Positions 48,644 through 58,753 of a stretch of DNA of 64,000 nt are shown here, piece after piece; position 1 is the first letter of the stretch, and every line of letters starts with the position of its first letter. Source of the DNA: an uncultured Thermoplasmata archaeon (lineage in GTDB: Archaea > Thermoplasmatota > Poseidoniia > MGIII > CG-Epi1); assembly GCA_964015055.1 (NCBI GenBank), contig CAXHBG010000001.1:730-64729 (forward strand), read 5' to 3'. A program made the position numbers and the translations under genes. The notes beneath the pieces were generated by a model that was not told the origin of the DNA, ran no database searches, and worked only from the letters and a program-made list of their open reading frames with translations.

Positions 48644-49069
48644 TTATTCTATAGGGTCGTGGAGCTTTCCTATCAATGGCCATCCGTGCCATAATAATCG
48701 TTCGTCAAGTTCGATTAATATTTTGTAAATTTCATCGTATCCTTCAACAACGTGCTCAATTAAACATGGCTTACAGTCATCGCTCAACCATCTTTCTAAT
48801 AAATCCGGATTACCTACTTCAATTATCTTTGCGATGTCGCTCATTTCGCTTAGTCGAGTATGTAAATGGTCGAGAAAAATTTCAGAATTTTTTAGCGCCA
48901 TTGTCAAATGTAAGAATCTTAACTTTTCATCCTCAACTATTTGAGTAAGGTCTTTGTTTTCAGGCGCTCCTTCTGCTACAAGCATCTCCAATAATTTTTT
49001 CTCTCCAAAAATCTTGTTTGCAGTTTGCAATAAAAATTCCAGACTTTCCTTTTTCTTATCCCTATTCAT
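48644..49069 (-). CDS. hypothetical protein
   Basis: 141-aa ORF overlapping the upstream gene; no family recognised. Confidence 0.65.
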   Translation of the reverse strand: MNRDKKKESLEFLLQTANKIFGEKKLLEMLVAEGAPENKDLTQIVEDEKLRFLHLTMALKNSEIFLDHLHTRLSEMSDIAKIIEVGNPDLLERWLSDDCKPCLIEHVVEGYDEIYKILIELDERLLWHGWPLIGKLHDPIE

Positions 49070-49541
49070 AATTACTATTAAGGTAATCTAAGACTGCCCT
49101 AATATCCTTTTTTGATGCTAATGCAGTTTCTTCGTTAATAATTTTCCCAATACCTATGCAGAAAATTTCATTATCGTTATAAGTGCTCCACGGTTCACTT
49201 ATTTTTTTAGTTCGATTTAGTATAATTATTTTTTTTGTATTTGGTGTATTCTTTTCTAAATAATCCCATAATTCAATGAAGTTAGTATCAGGTTTTTCCT
49301 TACCATTAGCAACAACAACTTGTATGTCAGCAACCTTAAGCCAATTAATCCAAACATTACCAGTAGCTGTTGGAGCATCTATTTCGTAAAACATCAGGTT
49401 TTTCAGGCTACAGGCATAATCTAGTAGCATATCAGGTACGTTTTTTGGAATTGTAAAGTCATTCCAAGGTTTTGGTAAACTTCTCATAAATGTAGATTTA
49501 CCAGCACCCATTGGTCCTGTTACCATCACATATTTTCTCAT
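49062..49541 (-). CDS. small P-loop NTPase, degenerate Ras-like fold
   Basis: GPMGAGKST; KIIILNRT resembles G4 NKxD. Confidence 0.6.
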   Translation of the reverse strand: MRKYVMVTGPMGAGKSTFMRSLPKPWNDFTIPKNVPDMLLDYACSLKNLMFYEIDAPTATGNVWINWLKVADIQVVVANGKEKPDTNFIELWDYLEKNTPNTKKIIILNRTKKISEPWSTYNDNEIFCIGIGKIINEETALASKKDIRAVLDYLNSNYE

Positions 49542-50263
49542 GCTTCCTCAATACTCCACGTTCTAACTTCTACACCTTTACTAATATGAACTAAATCAGG
49601 CTTTAATACATTAGTTATTCCAAGTTCATAAAATTCAGTCAGTGTATTCATTTCCAGGTTAGCTGTAGCATCCTGAAACTCCCATTTTTCATGACAAGTA
49701 TATGCTATGTGTGTTTTATTTTTATATGTAACATAAAGGCAATATCTTTCAAACAAAAATTCTTCGAGACTGCCTCTCTTAGCTTTTCTAAGATTCCCGT
49801 TAGGCTTTGAACTTCCTTTGATTCCTATTCCGTTACTTTTTCTTTTAGATTTCCATGTAAATCCACCTTCATAATTGTCTTTTACATCTCCATCAGCATA
49901 AACATATGGTAATCCGTAAGCCCATGGCGCATACATGCTTGTTATTCGACTTTTTGCATCTAATGTGAGAAACAAAACCCCAGAAATTCCGTTTTTTACT
50001 ACGTAAGTTCTGATGTTAAATTCTGCGAAATTTGAAATCAAAGGTATAGATGGCAAATATTTAGGTCTCACTTTTTCCATTCTAAATGGAATTGTTCCAA
50101 CATAGGTTTTTCCATCGTAGCGCTCAAGTTCTAAGTCTTCAGGAATATATTTCTTCAATAAATCGTGCTCAACTTCCCAATGCATGAATGTTAGATTAAC
50201 CCAATTTTGATTTAGGGACCAACTACGAGATGGCATGTTGAAAGGTAAGTGTTCAGTATTCAC
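49538..50263 (-). CDS. DUF2071 (YqjF-like) protein
   Basis: Q.W.NLTFMHW, F.E.N.RTYV, GV.F..LDA, LPY, FL.ERY. Confidence 0.88.
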   Translation of the reverse strand: MNTEHLPFNMPSRSWSLNQNWVNLTFMHWEVEHDLLKKYIPEDLELERYDGKTYVGTIPFRMEKVRPKYLPSIPLISNFAEFNIRTYVVKNGISGVLFLTLDAKSRITSMYAPWAYGLPYVYADGDVKDNYEGGFTWKSKRKSNGIGIKGSSKPNGNLRKAKRGSLEEFLFERYCLYVTYKNKTHIAYTCHEKWEFQDATANLEMNTLTEFYELGITNVLKPDLVHISKGVEVRTWSIEEA

Positions 50264-50949
50264 CGTTTACCTTCTTTGATTGCTTTGAATATACCCATTA
50301 AGTTTTCATATTCCCCAATGTTTGGATTTCCACGAGAGACAAGTCTTCGTAGTGTTGTCTTTGAGCGATCGAGTCGTCTTTCTGGATAACTGCTGTTCTC
50401 TAGTAATTCCATTATCCTGTCTACCAATCTCTCAAATTCTTCCTGAGAAACAGATTTTTGTTTTTTCAAACGTTTTACTTTTTCACTTCTTTTAATTTCA
50501 TAAAGAACAATTGCAACTGCGTGGGATAAATTTAGAATTGGATACTCAGAGTTAGTAGGAATTGTTATTGTAGCTTCACAAAGAGCTAACTCTTCTCTGT
50601 AGAGGCCATGGTTTTCTCTGCCGAAAAGTAAAGCAGGATTTTCTCTTTCAGCGATAATTTCGTTTATTTTTTTAACATCTTGAGGAGCTCTAAACCATCT
50701 TTTGTCTCCCTCGGGTCTGATTCCACTAGTACCGATAGTGATATCACATTCAGCAATGGCTTCCTCAATTGTCTCAAATCTTTTCGAATTCTCAAGAATA
50801 GGCCTTCCAGATTTAGACCTTGCGTAGCTTTCATCAGCTAAACCGCACCCTTTTACCATTGCTAAATCTTTCAACCCGAAATTAGCCATAGCTCTTGCAA
50901 CTGCACCTATGTTTCCTGGATGTTGTGGCTCGACTAGTACGACTCTCAA
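50260..50949 (-). CDS. trmJ: SPOUT RNA methyltransferase, TrmJ-like
   Basis: VLVEP.HPGNIGAVARAMANFG, FGRE..GL, YPILNLSHA. Confidence 0.9.
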   Translation of the reverse strand: MRVVLVEPQHPGNIGAVARAMANFGLKDLAMVKGCGLADESYARSKSGRPILENSKRFETIEEAIAECDITIGTSGIRPEGDKRWFRAPQDVKKINEIIAERENPALLFGRENHGLYREELALCEATITIPTNSEYPILNLSHAVAIVLYEIKRSEKVKRLKKQKSVSQEEFERLVDRIMELLENSSYPERRLDRSKTTLRRLVSRGNPNIGEYENLMGIFKAIKEGKR

Positions 50950-51024
50950 GAATGGTCAAAGAAGTACTTTTAGATAACTTGTGTTGTGAAATGATTAATA
51001 TCAGGTTTCATTAAGTATATTGCA

Positions 51025-52143
51025 ATGATTGAAATTTACATTATTTTGAGTTTGGTGATTGGCATTGGAATAGGTTATTTTTTAGCAAGCCAAAATAGCT
51101 CTACGAACGATGAGGACATTGATTCTATCAAGAAAGAAATGGAAAATACTTTCAAGGCTTTGGCTCTTGACGTCAACAGATCTAATACTGAAGAATTTTT
51201 CAAATTAGCGAATGACAAATTTCAAGGACTCAGCAAGGAATCAGATAAAAATTTAGAAACTAAAAAGAAATTAATTGATGAAAATCTAAATGAAATGTCA
51301 AAAAGACTCAAATCCATTGAAGATGCATCTATTAAGTTAAATGAAAATTTAGAATCAACCAATAGTCAAACTAAAGATTTAACGGAAACAACAATTAAGT
51401 TGAGAGAAATTCTATCATCCTCTCAGAAAAGAGGTCAGTGGGGTGAGCGTATTGTAGAGGATATCCTAAATGTGATTGGCCTCATGGAAGGTGTGAATTA
51501 TACAAAGCAAGGAGTTGTAGAATCTGGTGAACGTCCAGATTTTACTTTTATTCTTCCCAAAGAAAAAGTAATCAATATGGACGTTAAATTTCCTCTTGCC
51601 CATTACGAGAGGTATATAGATTCTGATGATGAACATATTCGTGGATCAGAGAAGGCAGCATTTTTGAAAGATGTTAAGAAACATGTAAGAGATATTACTA
51701 AGCGAAGCTATATCGATCCATCTTCTGGGACGCTTGATTATGTTCTAATGCTTGTTCCTAATGAGTCAATTTATTCATTTATTAATAAAGAAGATAGTGC
51801 AGTAATTGATTTTGCTCTTGAAAATAAAGTTCTACTTTGCTCACCATTAACGCTCTATGCAATTCTTTCTCTAATTCATCAGGCCACTCGTAATTTTGCA
51901 ATGGAGGAGAAGGCTACTGAAGTTATGAATTTACTTAATGCATTTAGACTTCAATGGTCAAAATATGTCGAAGCAATGGATAAAATGGGTAGAAGAATTG
52001 ATGATGCCAAAAGAGAATTTAGCAATTTAGTCACAACTCGTACCAATCAACTTCAGAAGCCTCTTGATAAAATAGATAATATCACCAATTTAGTAGAAGA
52101 TTCAGAAAAGGCGAATAGATTAGAAGGGCAACAACGTTTCTAA
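51025..52143 (+). CDS. rmuC: DNA recombination protein RmuC
   Basis: N-terminal TM, coiled coil, RGQWGE, RPD...LP, D.KFPL, VLM.VPNE. Confidence 0.92.
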   Translation: MIEIYIILSLVIGIGIGYFLASQNSSTNDEDIDSIKKEMENTFKALALDVNRSNTEEFFKLANDKFQGLSKESDKNLETKKKLIDENLNEMSKRLKSIEDASIKLNENLESTNSQTKDLTETTIKLREILSSSQKRGQWGERIVEDILNVIGLMEGVNYTKQGVVESGERPDFTFILPKEKVINMDVKFPLAHYERYIDSDDEHIRGSEKAAFLKDVKKHVRDITKRSYIDPSSGTLDYVLMLVPNESIYSFINKEDSAVIDFALENKVLLCSPLTLYAILSLIHQATRNFAMEEKATEVMNLLNAFRLQWSKYVEAMDKMGRRIDDAKREFSNLVTTRTNQLQKPLDKIDNITNLVEDSEKANRLEGQQRF

Positions 52144-53555
52144 AGATCTTTCATTGATGAAACTAGTTCAGTCATCATTTGCTTTCCATCACCAAATAGC
52201 ATCATAGTTTTATCTTCATAGAATAAATCGTTGTCTACTCCTGCGTATCCAACAGATAAAGATCGTTTTACAATTACTACTACACCAGCTTTATCGGCGT
52301 CTATAATTGGCATTCCAGCGAGAGGCCCTTCTCCACTTCTTGCTGCAGGGTTAACAGTATCATTTGCCCCAACAACTAAAGCAACATCACATTCTCCCAT
52401 TTCTGAGTTAATGTCGTCCATTTCGATTAGCTTTTCATAAGGAACACTAGCCTCTGCTAGCAATACATTCATGTGACCAGGCATTCTACCAGCTACAGGA
52501 TGTATTCCATATTTCACTTCGCAGCCATTTGCTTCTAAGATTTCAGCAAATTCTCTAACTTGATGTTGACATTGTGATACTGCCATTCCGTATCCTGGAA
52601 TTATAACACATTTTGATATGCCATCACAAACCATGGCTACCTCTTCAGGGTCAGAGCCTACTTTAGTTCTTGTTACCTGCTCTTTGTCGGACCCGCCAAA
52701 AGATTTGAACAATACATCAATTAATTCTCGGTTCATTGCCTTACACATTATGTTTGTTAGGATTAAGCCAGCTGCACCTACCATTGATCCTGCAATGATT
52801 AATACATTATTTCCGATTATGAAGCCAGTAAATGCTGCTGCAATACCTGAGAGGGAATTTAGAAGACTTACAACGACAGGCATATCAGCTCCCCCGATAG
52901 GGAGAACAAACAATATTCCGAGAATGGAAGATAATACAATGATTGCTACAACATAATCTTGATTTCCAGGTTCTTCGATTGTCATGTAAAGCAACCCTAC
53001 TATTGAAATTAGTAAAAGTCCTTTTACATAATTCAACCATTCTGGCCCCCAGGTTGGAGTTCTATACCAGGTACCAAATAATTCAATTCCTCCTTTCAAT
53101 TTCATCATGGCTAATAAACTTCCACTGAGAGTAACCCAGCCGACTAACGCAGAAAGCCCAATTGCAGTCCATGCAACATGTAATTCCAACCCACTTGGAA
53201 GGTCGTTTTCGTTAATTCTTCTAAATACTTCAGAAGCAGCCACGAGAGCGCTAGCAGCACCTCCGAAGCCATTGAAGAGTGCAACCATTTCGGGCATTCC
53301 AGTCATCTGTACTCTTACAGCCATTAAGTATCCGATAGAAGCACCAATAGCTAATCCAGCTCCAATTAGGATGAAATTATTTATTTCACCAAAATCCATT
53401 TGAGCGATTGTAACAATTACAGCAACCAGCATACCCATTGAGCCGTACAAGTTCCCTGTTGGAGCAGTACGAGGATGACCTAGTTTCTTTAATCCTAAAA
53501 TAAATAATATTGAAGCGAACAAATATCCAATATCCCATACAGCTTCGTCCATCAT
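52140..53555 (-). CDS. pntB: NAD(P) transhydrogenase beta subunit
   Basis: MPEMVA..NG.GG, PIGGADMPVV.S.LNS, PGYGMAV, HPVAGRMPGHMNVLLAEA, GANDTVNP. Confidence 0.96.
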   Translation of the reverse strand: MMDEAVWDIGYLFASILFILGLKKLGHPRTAPTGNLYGSMGMLVAVIVTIAQMDFGEINNFILIGAGLAIGASIGYLMAVRVQMTGMPEMVALFNGFGGAASALVAASEVFRRINENDLPSGLELHVAWTAIGLSALVGWVTLSGSLLAMMKLKGGIELFGTWYRTPTWGPEWLNYVKGLLLISIVGLLYMTIEEPGNQDYVVAIIVLSSILGILFVLPIGGADMPVVVSLLNSLSGIAAAFTGFIIGNNVLIIAGSMVGAAGLILTNIMCKAMNRELIDVLFKSFGGSDKEQVTRTKVGSDPEEVAMVCDGISKCVIIPGYGMAVSQCQHQVREFAEILEANGCEVKYGIHPVAGRMPGHMNVLLAEASVPYEKLIEMDDINSEMGECDVALVVGANDTVNPAARSGEGPLAGMPIIDADKAGVVVIVKRSLSVGYAGVDNDLFYEDKTMMLFGDGKQMMTELVSSMKDL

Positions 53556-53860
53556 TTACCTCCTCTTTTACCTGCAATCATATTCAACATTCTATTTGTC
53601 ACAGCAAACCCTCCAACTACGTTAATTGTAGCTAAGATTAGGGCGAAAAAAGCAAGCCAAGCTGCAAAGCCTGGGTCTCCTCCGTTAAAGTCGGTGTTTG
53701 AGAAAATTAATGCACCTACTATTGTAATTCCAGATATAGCATTAGCCCCAGACATAAGAGGAGTATGAAGCGTAGGAGGTACTTTTGTGATTAGTTCAAA
53801 TCCTAAAAAAATAGCCAATATGAAAACAGTTACAGCTCCAATTAGAGTGATTAATTCCAT
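53552..53860 (-). CDS. pntAB: NAD(P) transhydrogenase alpha subunit, membrane part
   Basis: VPPTLHTPLMSGANAISG, NVVGGF.VT.RML. Confidence 0.94.
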   Translation of the reverse strand: MELITLIGAVTVFILAIFLGFELITKVPPTLHTPLMSGANAISGITIVGALIFSNTDFNGGDPGFAAWLAFFALILATINVVGGFAVTNRMLNMIAGKRGGK

Positions 53861-55032
53861 TACTTCATAGCCTCCATTAGTTTAGAATGATTATCATGCA
53901 CTTTTCCATTTTCAGCAATTAAAATTCCACCATATCCTGCTGAAATACCACCTTCATCTCCGGTGAGTACTTGTTCTTCTTGATTTATAGCCAACTTACC
54001 TTCGTCAACTAAAACAGTTACAAAATTGGTAACGTTGTTTGAATAAAGCATCGATGCAGTATTTGGAACTGTTCTACACAGCATAGGTATTCCTATAATT
54101 GTTATTCCATCTTTTTTAATTATTTCTCCTTCTTTACTTCCAGCAATATTGCCACCAGTATCTGTATTCATGTCAACAATTACAGAACCTTCTTTCATTT
54201 CTTTTGTCATCTTATCATTGTTTTCCTTACTGAAGAATAGTTTAGGTGCATCTGCACCGAATAATCTAGCAGTAGTGATTACAACATCAGCGTCTTTTAC
54301 AGCATCCATTAATGCATTATCAAATGCTTCTTGAAGTCCCTTATCCGTAAAGAGAGATGCATGTCCACTTGAGCTTTCAGCATCCTTCCAGCCGGGTACT
54401 TCGATAAATTTAGCACCTAAACTTTCAGTATCTTGCTTAGCAGCTAATCTAACATCTATAGCTTGCACTGCAGCTCCTAATCTCTTTGCAGTTGCTATTG
54501 CTTGAAGGCCAGCAACAGCAGCCCCTTGAATTATGAACTTTGCAGGCCTTACAGTTCCAGCAGATGTCATCATCATAGGAACCATTTTTGCAATATTTTG
54601 AGATCCCATCAAAGCTGCTTTGTAGCCAGATAAGTTATCTTGACTAGAGTTAACATCCATAGACTGTCCTTTTGATAATCTTCTTGGAATAACTTCTAAA
54701 GACAATAGAGTAATACCTGCATTAACTATTTCTTTTGTTTGTTCTAAATTTCTAAATGGATCAGCTATACATGCTAGCATCTGACCTTTTTTCATATCTT
54801 TGAAGTTTGGAACATCAATCGATGCAATTAAGTCACATTTCATTATTTCATCAAATGATTTGGTTTTTGCACCTTTTTCTTCATATTCAGCATCAGAGTA
54901 TCCTGATTTTTCTCCAGCACCTTTTTCAATTAATACTTCAAAACCTAGTTTCATTAATTTAGGTATTGAAACAGGTACAATAGCTACACGAGTTTCTTTC
55001 TCGTTATCCTCTTTGGGTATTCCTATACGCAT
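53860..55032 (-). CDS. pntAA: NAD(P) transhydrogenase alpha subunit, soluble domain I
   Basis: IGIPKE, ETRVA, QSMD..SSQ.NL.GY, PMMMT.AGTV, VAGLQAIATAKRLGA. Confidence 0.93.
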   Translation of the reverse strand: MRIGIPKEDNEKETRVAIVPVSIPKLMKLGFEVLIEKGAGEKSGYSDAEYEEKGAKTKSFDEIMKCDLIASIDVPNFKDMKKGQMLACIADPFRNLEQTKEIVNAGITLLSLEVIPRRLSKGQSMDVNSSQDNLSGYKAALMGSQNIAKMVPMMMTSAGTVRPAKFIIQGAAVAGLQAIATAKRLGAAVQAIDVRLAAKQDTESLGAKFIEVPGWKDAESSSGHASLFTDKGLQEAFDNALMDAVKDADVVITTARLFGADAPKLFFSKENNDKMTKEMKEGSVIVDMNTDTGGNIAGSKEGEIIKKDGITIIGIPMLCRTVPNTASMLYSNNVTNFVTVLVDEGKLAINQEEQVLTGDEGGISAGYGGILIAENGKVHDNHSKLMEAMK

Positions 55033-55111
55033 TATTTAGCACCGATAATTTGTGTGTTGACTAAAATAGTCTGTAAAGCATCTTACAAACATACTCATAA
55101 AACTTTTCCTA

Positions 55112-56281
55112 TTACTTTCCAATTTCACGAGCAATTACTAATCTTTGAACTTCTTGAGTTCCTTCATAAATTTGGGTGATTTTTGCATCACGGAAAAATC
55201 TTTCTACTGGGAAATCCTTTGTGTATCCGTATCCGCCTAATACCTGTACAGCTCTTTCTGAAACCCACATTGCAGTATCACCTGCACTTAGCTTTGCAAT
55301 TGAAGCTTCAAGTGTATGGCGCGATGATCCATTTTCATAATGTTCTTGTTTAGCCCATGCAGCTTTGTAAACTTGTAATCTTGCAGCATCAATTCTAACA
55401 GCCATATCTGCCAGATAATTACTTATTGATTGGTGAGCAGCTATTGGTTTACCGAAAGTTTCTCGTTCTTTTGAATATTTCAGTGCAGCTTCGTATGCTC
55501 CTTGTGCAATACCAAGTCCCTGAGCAGCTATACCTATTCTTGAATTGTCTAACGCATTCATTGCAATTGGAAATCCTTTGCCTACATCTCCAAGAACGTT
55601 AGCTTTTGGTACTTTACATTCATTTAAAATTAATGTGCATGTATCACTTGAACGGATTCCCAGTTTGTCTTCTTTCTTTCCAATTTCAAATCCTTCAAAC
55701 CCTTTTTCAACTATAAAACAAGTTACTCCCCCGTGGCTCTTTTTACCATAATCAGGGTGATTAGTTACTTTAGCAAATAGAACGAAGAGATCTGCAGTTG
55801 TTCCGTTTGTAACCCACATTTTTTCACCATTCAAAGTATAGTGCTCACCATCATCTGTAGCCCTTGCAACCATTGCAGCAGCATCTGTACCTGAACCGGC
55901 CTCACTCAAGGAATATGCACCCAAGAATTCTCCAGAGGCTAATTTCGGTAAATATTTTTCTTTTTGCTCTTCATTTCCACTCAGTGCTATTGTCATCGAG
56001 CAAAGTCCGACATGGACTGCTATCATGACTCCTAAAGATGGATCGACTCTTGACAATTCTTCGATAACAATTGCCTCCGAAATATCATCTAATTTCTGAC
56101 CACCGTATTTTTCAGGTATGGTCATTCCTGCAAATCCTAGTTCTGCGAATTTTTTGAATTCCTCAATAGGTGCAATTTGTTCTTTATCTCTCTTGTTGCA
56201 AGTAGGCCCAGCAACATCTTCAGCAAATTCACGTACCATTTCGCGAATCATTTTTTGGTCATCAGTTTCTGCAAAATCCAT
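55112..56281 (-). CDS. acyl-CoA dehydrogenase
   Basis: LSEAGSGTD, NGEKMWVTNG, KLGIR.S.T, QVLGGYGY, IYEGT.EVQR. Confidence 0.95.
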   Translation of the reverse strand: MDFAETDDQKMIREMVREFAEDVAGPTCNKRDKEQIAPIEEFKKFAELGFAGMTIPEKYGGQKLDDISEAIVIEELSRVDPSLGVMIAVHVGLCSMTIALSGNEEQKEKYLPKLASGEFLGAYSLSEAGSGTDAAAMVARATDDGEHYTLNGEKMWVTNGTTADLFVLFAKVTNHPDYGKKSHGGVTCFIVEKGFEGFEIGKKEDKLGIRSSDTCTLILNECKVPKANVLGDVGKGFPIAMNALDNSRIGIAAQGLGIAQGAYEAALKYSKERETFGKPIAAHQSISNYLADMAVRIDAARLQVYKAAWAKQEHYENGSSRHTLEASIAKLSAGDTAMWVSERAVQVLGGYGYTKDFPVERFFRDAKITQIYEGTQEVQRLVIAREIGK

Positions 56282-56284
56282 TTT

Positions 56285-56644
56285 TTACTCACTCATTAGT
56301 TTAATAATAGCTTCAGCAGGCTCTCCATTGCATTCTTCCAAAGCCTCTTTTGCTTTTTCAGGAGAAACGCCGGCTTGTGTCGCTACTAAATCTATGTCCT
56401 CTTGGGGGATATTTGTAGTTTCCTCACTACTGCCTAGAGCGCGTTCTTCAGGCTCACCTACAATCTGGTATGATTGTTGCCCCATCATATTCATTGCACT
56501 TACAGAAGGGTTGCTAAAGTACAATTCTTTATCTTTTGTTCGTATAATTACTTCAGTAGCATCGATTTCCTCTGTAGCACTTTGTAATTGTTTTTGCAAT
56601 TTTTTCATCATGCGGGGATTCATACGCCCCATTCCTGGCATCAT
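56285..56644 (-). CDS. nac: nascent polypeptide-associated complex protein
   Basis: MNPR.MKK, EVIIR, GQ.SYQI.G, EDI.LVA.QAGVS...A..AL....G..AEAI. Confidence 0.92.
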   Translation of the reverse strand: MMPGMGRMNPRMMKKLQKQLQSATEEIDATEVIIRTKDKELYFSNPSVSAMNMMGQQSYQIVGEPEERALGSSEETTNIPQEDIDLVATQAGVSPEKAKEALEECNGEPAEAIIKLMSE

Positions 56645-56675
56645 ATGATACTTACAAGCTCCCCTCTAAAAGAAT

Positions 56676-57698
56676 TTATGTCATCTTATACCTAAGAATA
56701 ACAGCTGTTCCTCCTAGTCCAATGAGCATTTCACCACCATGGTGGTGAGATGAAATTTCTATCACATCAGTACGATTTTGTTGAGCTAATTCTAATAGTT
56801 CTAAACCCTCTCTTTCCTTAGTTTTTTCGGATATTAGTAGAATACTATCTGCAGCCCCACTCTCTACAGCATTCCTAACTTCATTTTTACCGTAAGTACC
56901 CATTTCTTTTGCTATAGCTTCTTTCAGTCTCTCTACAGCTGCCATCTCTTCTTGGATTTTTATCTGGGCGACTGCGTTAGGTAAATCGCCTCTGCCTATT
57001 GCTTCATGGATGCCAGCCATTCCTCCTTGACCGGAGTTTTCAATTACGCAACCCTTGAATATTTCACGCGCTCTAGATTTACCAACTTCAGCAAAATCTT
57101 CTTTTAAAAATCCAGGTCCTATTACGACTATTACAGAATCCTTAATGTGAACTTTTACTATTTGCCTTACAGCTCTTTTGTAAAAATCATTAAGTTCTTC
57201 TCCGCCAGTTGATTTTCCACTGCCTTCTCGGCTAAGTGTTTTTAGTTCTCTTATGCCATACGTTCTTAATTCAGCAATTACGATCGAATCACTTTCAACA
57301 GCAATTGCTGTCGCAGTTACAATTGGTTCAGCAGCCTTTCTTAGTCTTTTTTTGTGGTGATTTAGCCAAACTTCCTTTCTAACATCAAACGAATCGCCAG
57401 GTTCTAAGATTAAAGTGTGATGCAGTCCCTGATTATTTTCACCTAAGGAGATAATGCCATGACATCTAAAGCGTTGCCCAAATGATTGATATTCAAGGTT
57501 CTTAACATCAATAGTGAGTTTCATCTTTTGTTTTTTACCTCTCTCTTTTTTGAGTCTATCAGATTGTGAGGATTCACGCCTTTCAGTCAGAGCCCTAACT
57601 TGATCTCCCTCATTAAGTAATAAGTTCAAATGATACAAATCATCTTCATTTTCTAAACGAATTTGGTAAACGTTATTATCACGTTTATTATATTTCAA
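56676..57698 (-). CDS. pelA: pelota (aDom34)
   Basis: E..DDLYHL, T.RR, HHTL, GPGF.K, YG..EV..A...GA, GLGG.A.ILRY. Confidence 0.92.
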   Translation of the reverse strand: MKYNKRDNNVYQIRLENEDDLYHLNLLLNEGDQVRALTERRESSQSDRLKKERGKKQKMKLTIDVKNLEYQSFGQRFRCHGIISLGENNQGLHHTLILEPGDSFDVRKEVWLNHHKKRLRKAAEPIVTATAIAVESDSIVIAELRTYGIRELKTLSREGSGKSTGGEELNDFYKRAVRQIVKVHIKDSVIVVIGPGFLKEDFAEVGKSRAREIFKGCVIENSGQGGMAGIHEAIGRGDLPNAVAQIKIQEEMAAVERLKEAIAKEMGTYGKNEVRNAVESGAADSILLISEKTKEREGLELLELAQQNRTDVIEISSHHHGGEMLIGLGGTAVILRYKMT

Positions 57699-57705
57699 AA
57701 TAACC

Positions 57706-58656
57706 TCACAAGTAGACTACAATATCCAAATTTTTAGCTAATTCTTTGTAACGATTTCTTATTGTTACTTCAGTGACGCCTACAGTATCAGCAATTGTCT
57801 TTTGGGTTTTTCTTTGGTCATGTACAACAGAAGCAATGTAAATGGCTGCAGCTGCAACTCCAGTAGGCCCTCTTCCAGACGTTAGTTCAGCAGCAATAGC
57901 TTGGTTTAGAATACTTATTGCAGTATTTTCAACATCGCCAGGTAGTTCTAATTCTCTACAAAAGCGAATTATGTAAACAGACGGAGATGCAGGCTGTAAA
58001 TTTAATTTTAATTCTCTAGAAATGTATCTGTAAGTTCTTCCAACTTCCTTTTTGGATGCTCTTGAAGCTTCTGTAATTTCAGTTAACGTTCTTGGGACCT
58101 CACATCGTCTACATGCACCGTAAAGTGCGGCGGCAGCAACGCCTTCAACAGATCTTCCTCTAACTAAGTTATCTTGTACAGCTCTTCTGTAAAGCATAGC
58201 AGCCTCCTCTCTGACTTGACGGTGTAATCCAATTTTTGAAGCCAATCTGTTAAGCTCATTAAGAGCTTGGGCCAAGTTTCTATCGGCAGAGTTTGATGCT
58301 CTAGTTCGATTCTGCCATTTCCTCATTCTGTAAACTTGTGCTCTATTTTTTGTAGGAACATTGTTTCCGTTAATATCTCGTCCACCCCAACCAATATCAG
58401 TTGAAAGGCCTTTATCGTGTACCATTACAGACATTGGAGCTCCACCTCTTGCTCTTCTTTCATTTTGTTCTGAATCAAAGGCTCTCCACTCAGGGCCTTG
58501 ATCAATTACTTGGTCATCAACAACAAGTCCACAATTCCTACAGGTAACTTCACCACGCTTGTAATCGCGCACAATATGTTCCGAGTCACATTCAGGACAT
58601 TCAGTTAATTCTTCAACATCAACTTCTTTGACATTTCCGGAAATATTCATATTCAT
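57706..58656 (-). CDS. tfb: transcription initiation factor IIB
   Basis: CPEC...CRNCG zinc ribbon, [10 protein letters not shown], cyclin repeats, [11 protein letters not shown]. Start reassigned to the ATG at 58656 (or 58650), about 25 nt below a CTTATAT box. Confidence 0.96.
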   Translation of the reverse strand: MNMNISGNVKEVDVEELTECPECDSEHIVRDYKRGEVTCRNCGLVVDDQVIDQGPEWRAFDSEQNERRARGGAPMSVMVHDKGLSTDIGWGGRDINGNNVPTKNRAQVYRMRKWQNRTRASNSADRNLAQALNELNRLASKIGLHRQVREEAAMLYRRAVQDNLVRGRSVEGVAAAALYGACRRCEVPRTLTEITEASRASKKEVGRTYRYISRELKLNLQPASPSVYIIRFCRELELPGDVENTAISILNQAIAAELTSGRGPTGVAAAAIYIASVVHDQRKTQKTIADTVGVTEVTIRNRYKELAKNLDIVVYL

Positions 58657-58753
58657 ATTGGAAGAGAATTTTGTCAATATAAGCTTTGGGCCATTGCCTT
58701 TAAATTCCCCATTTTGAAAGAAGGTGGAACACAAAAGATAGACAACCTATTTT

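Noticed and set aside
17040..56648. Many antisense or alternate-frame ORFs (e.g. 17040-17555, 19983-20468, 46968-47540, 56118-56648)
   Set aside because: Shadows of well-supported genes with no motifs of their own.
42603..58734. Long N-terminal extensions in the ORF track (TadA 43952, TadB 44683, TFB 58734)
   Set aside because: They overlap upstream genes or promoters; internal ATGs with coupling or TATA spacing fit better.
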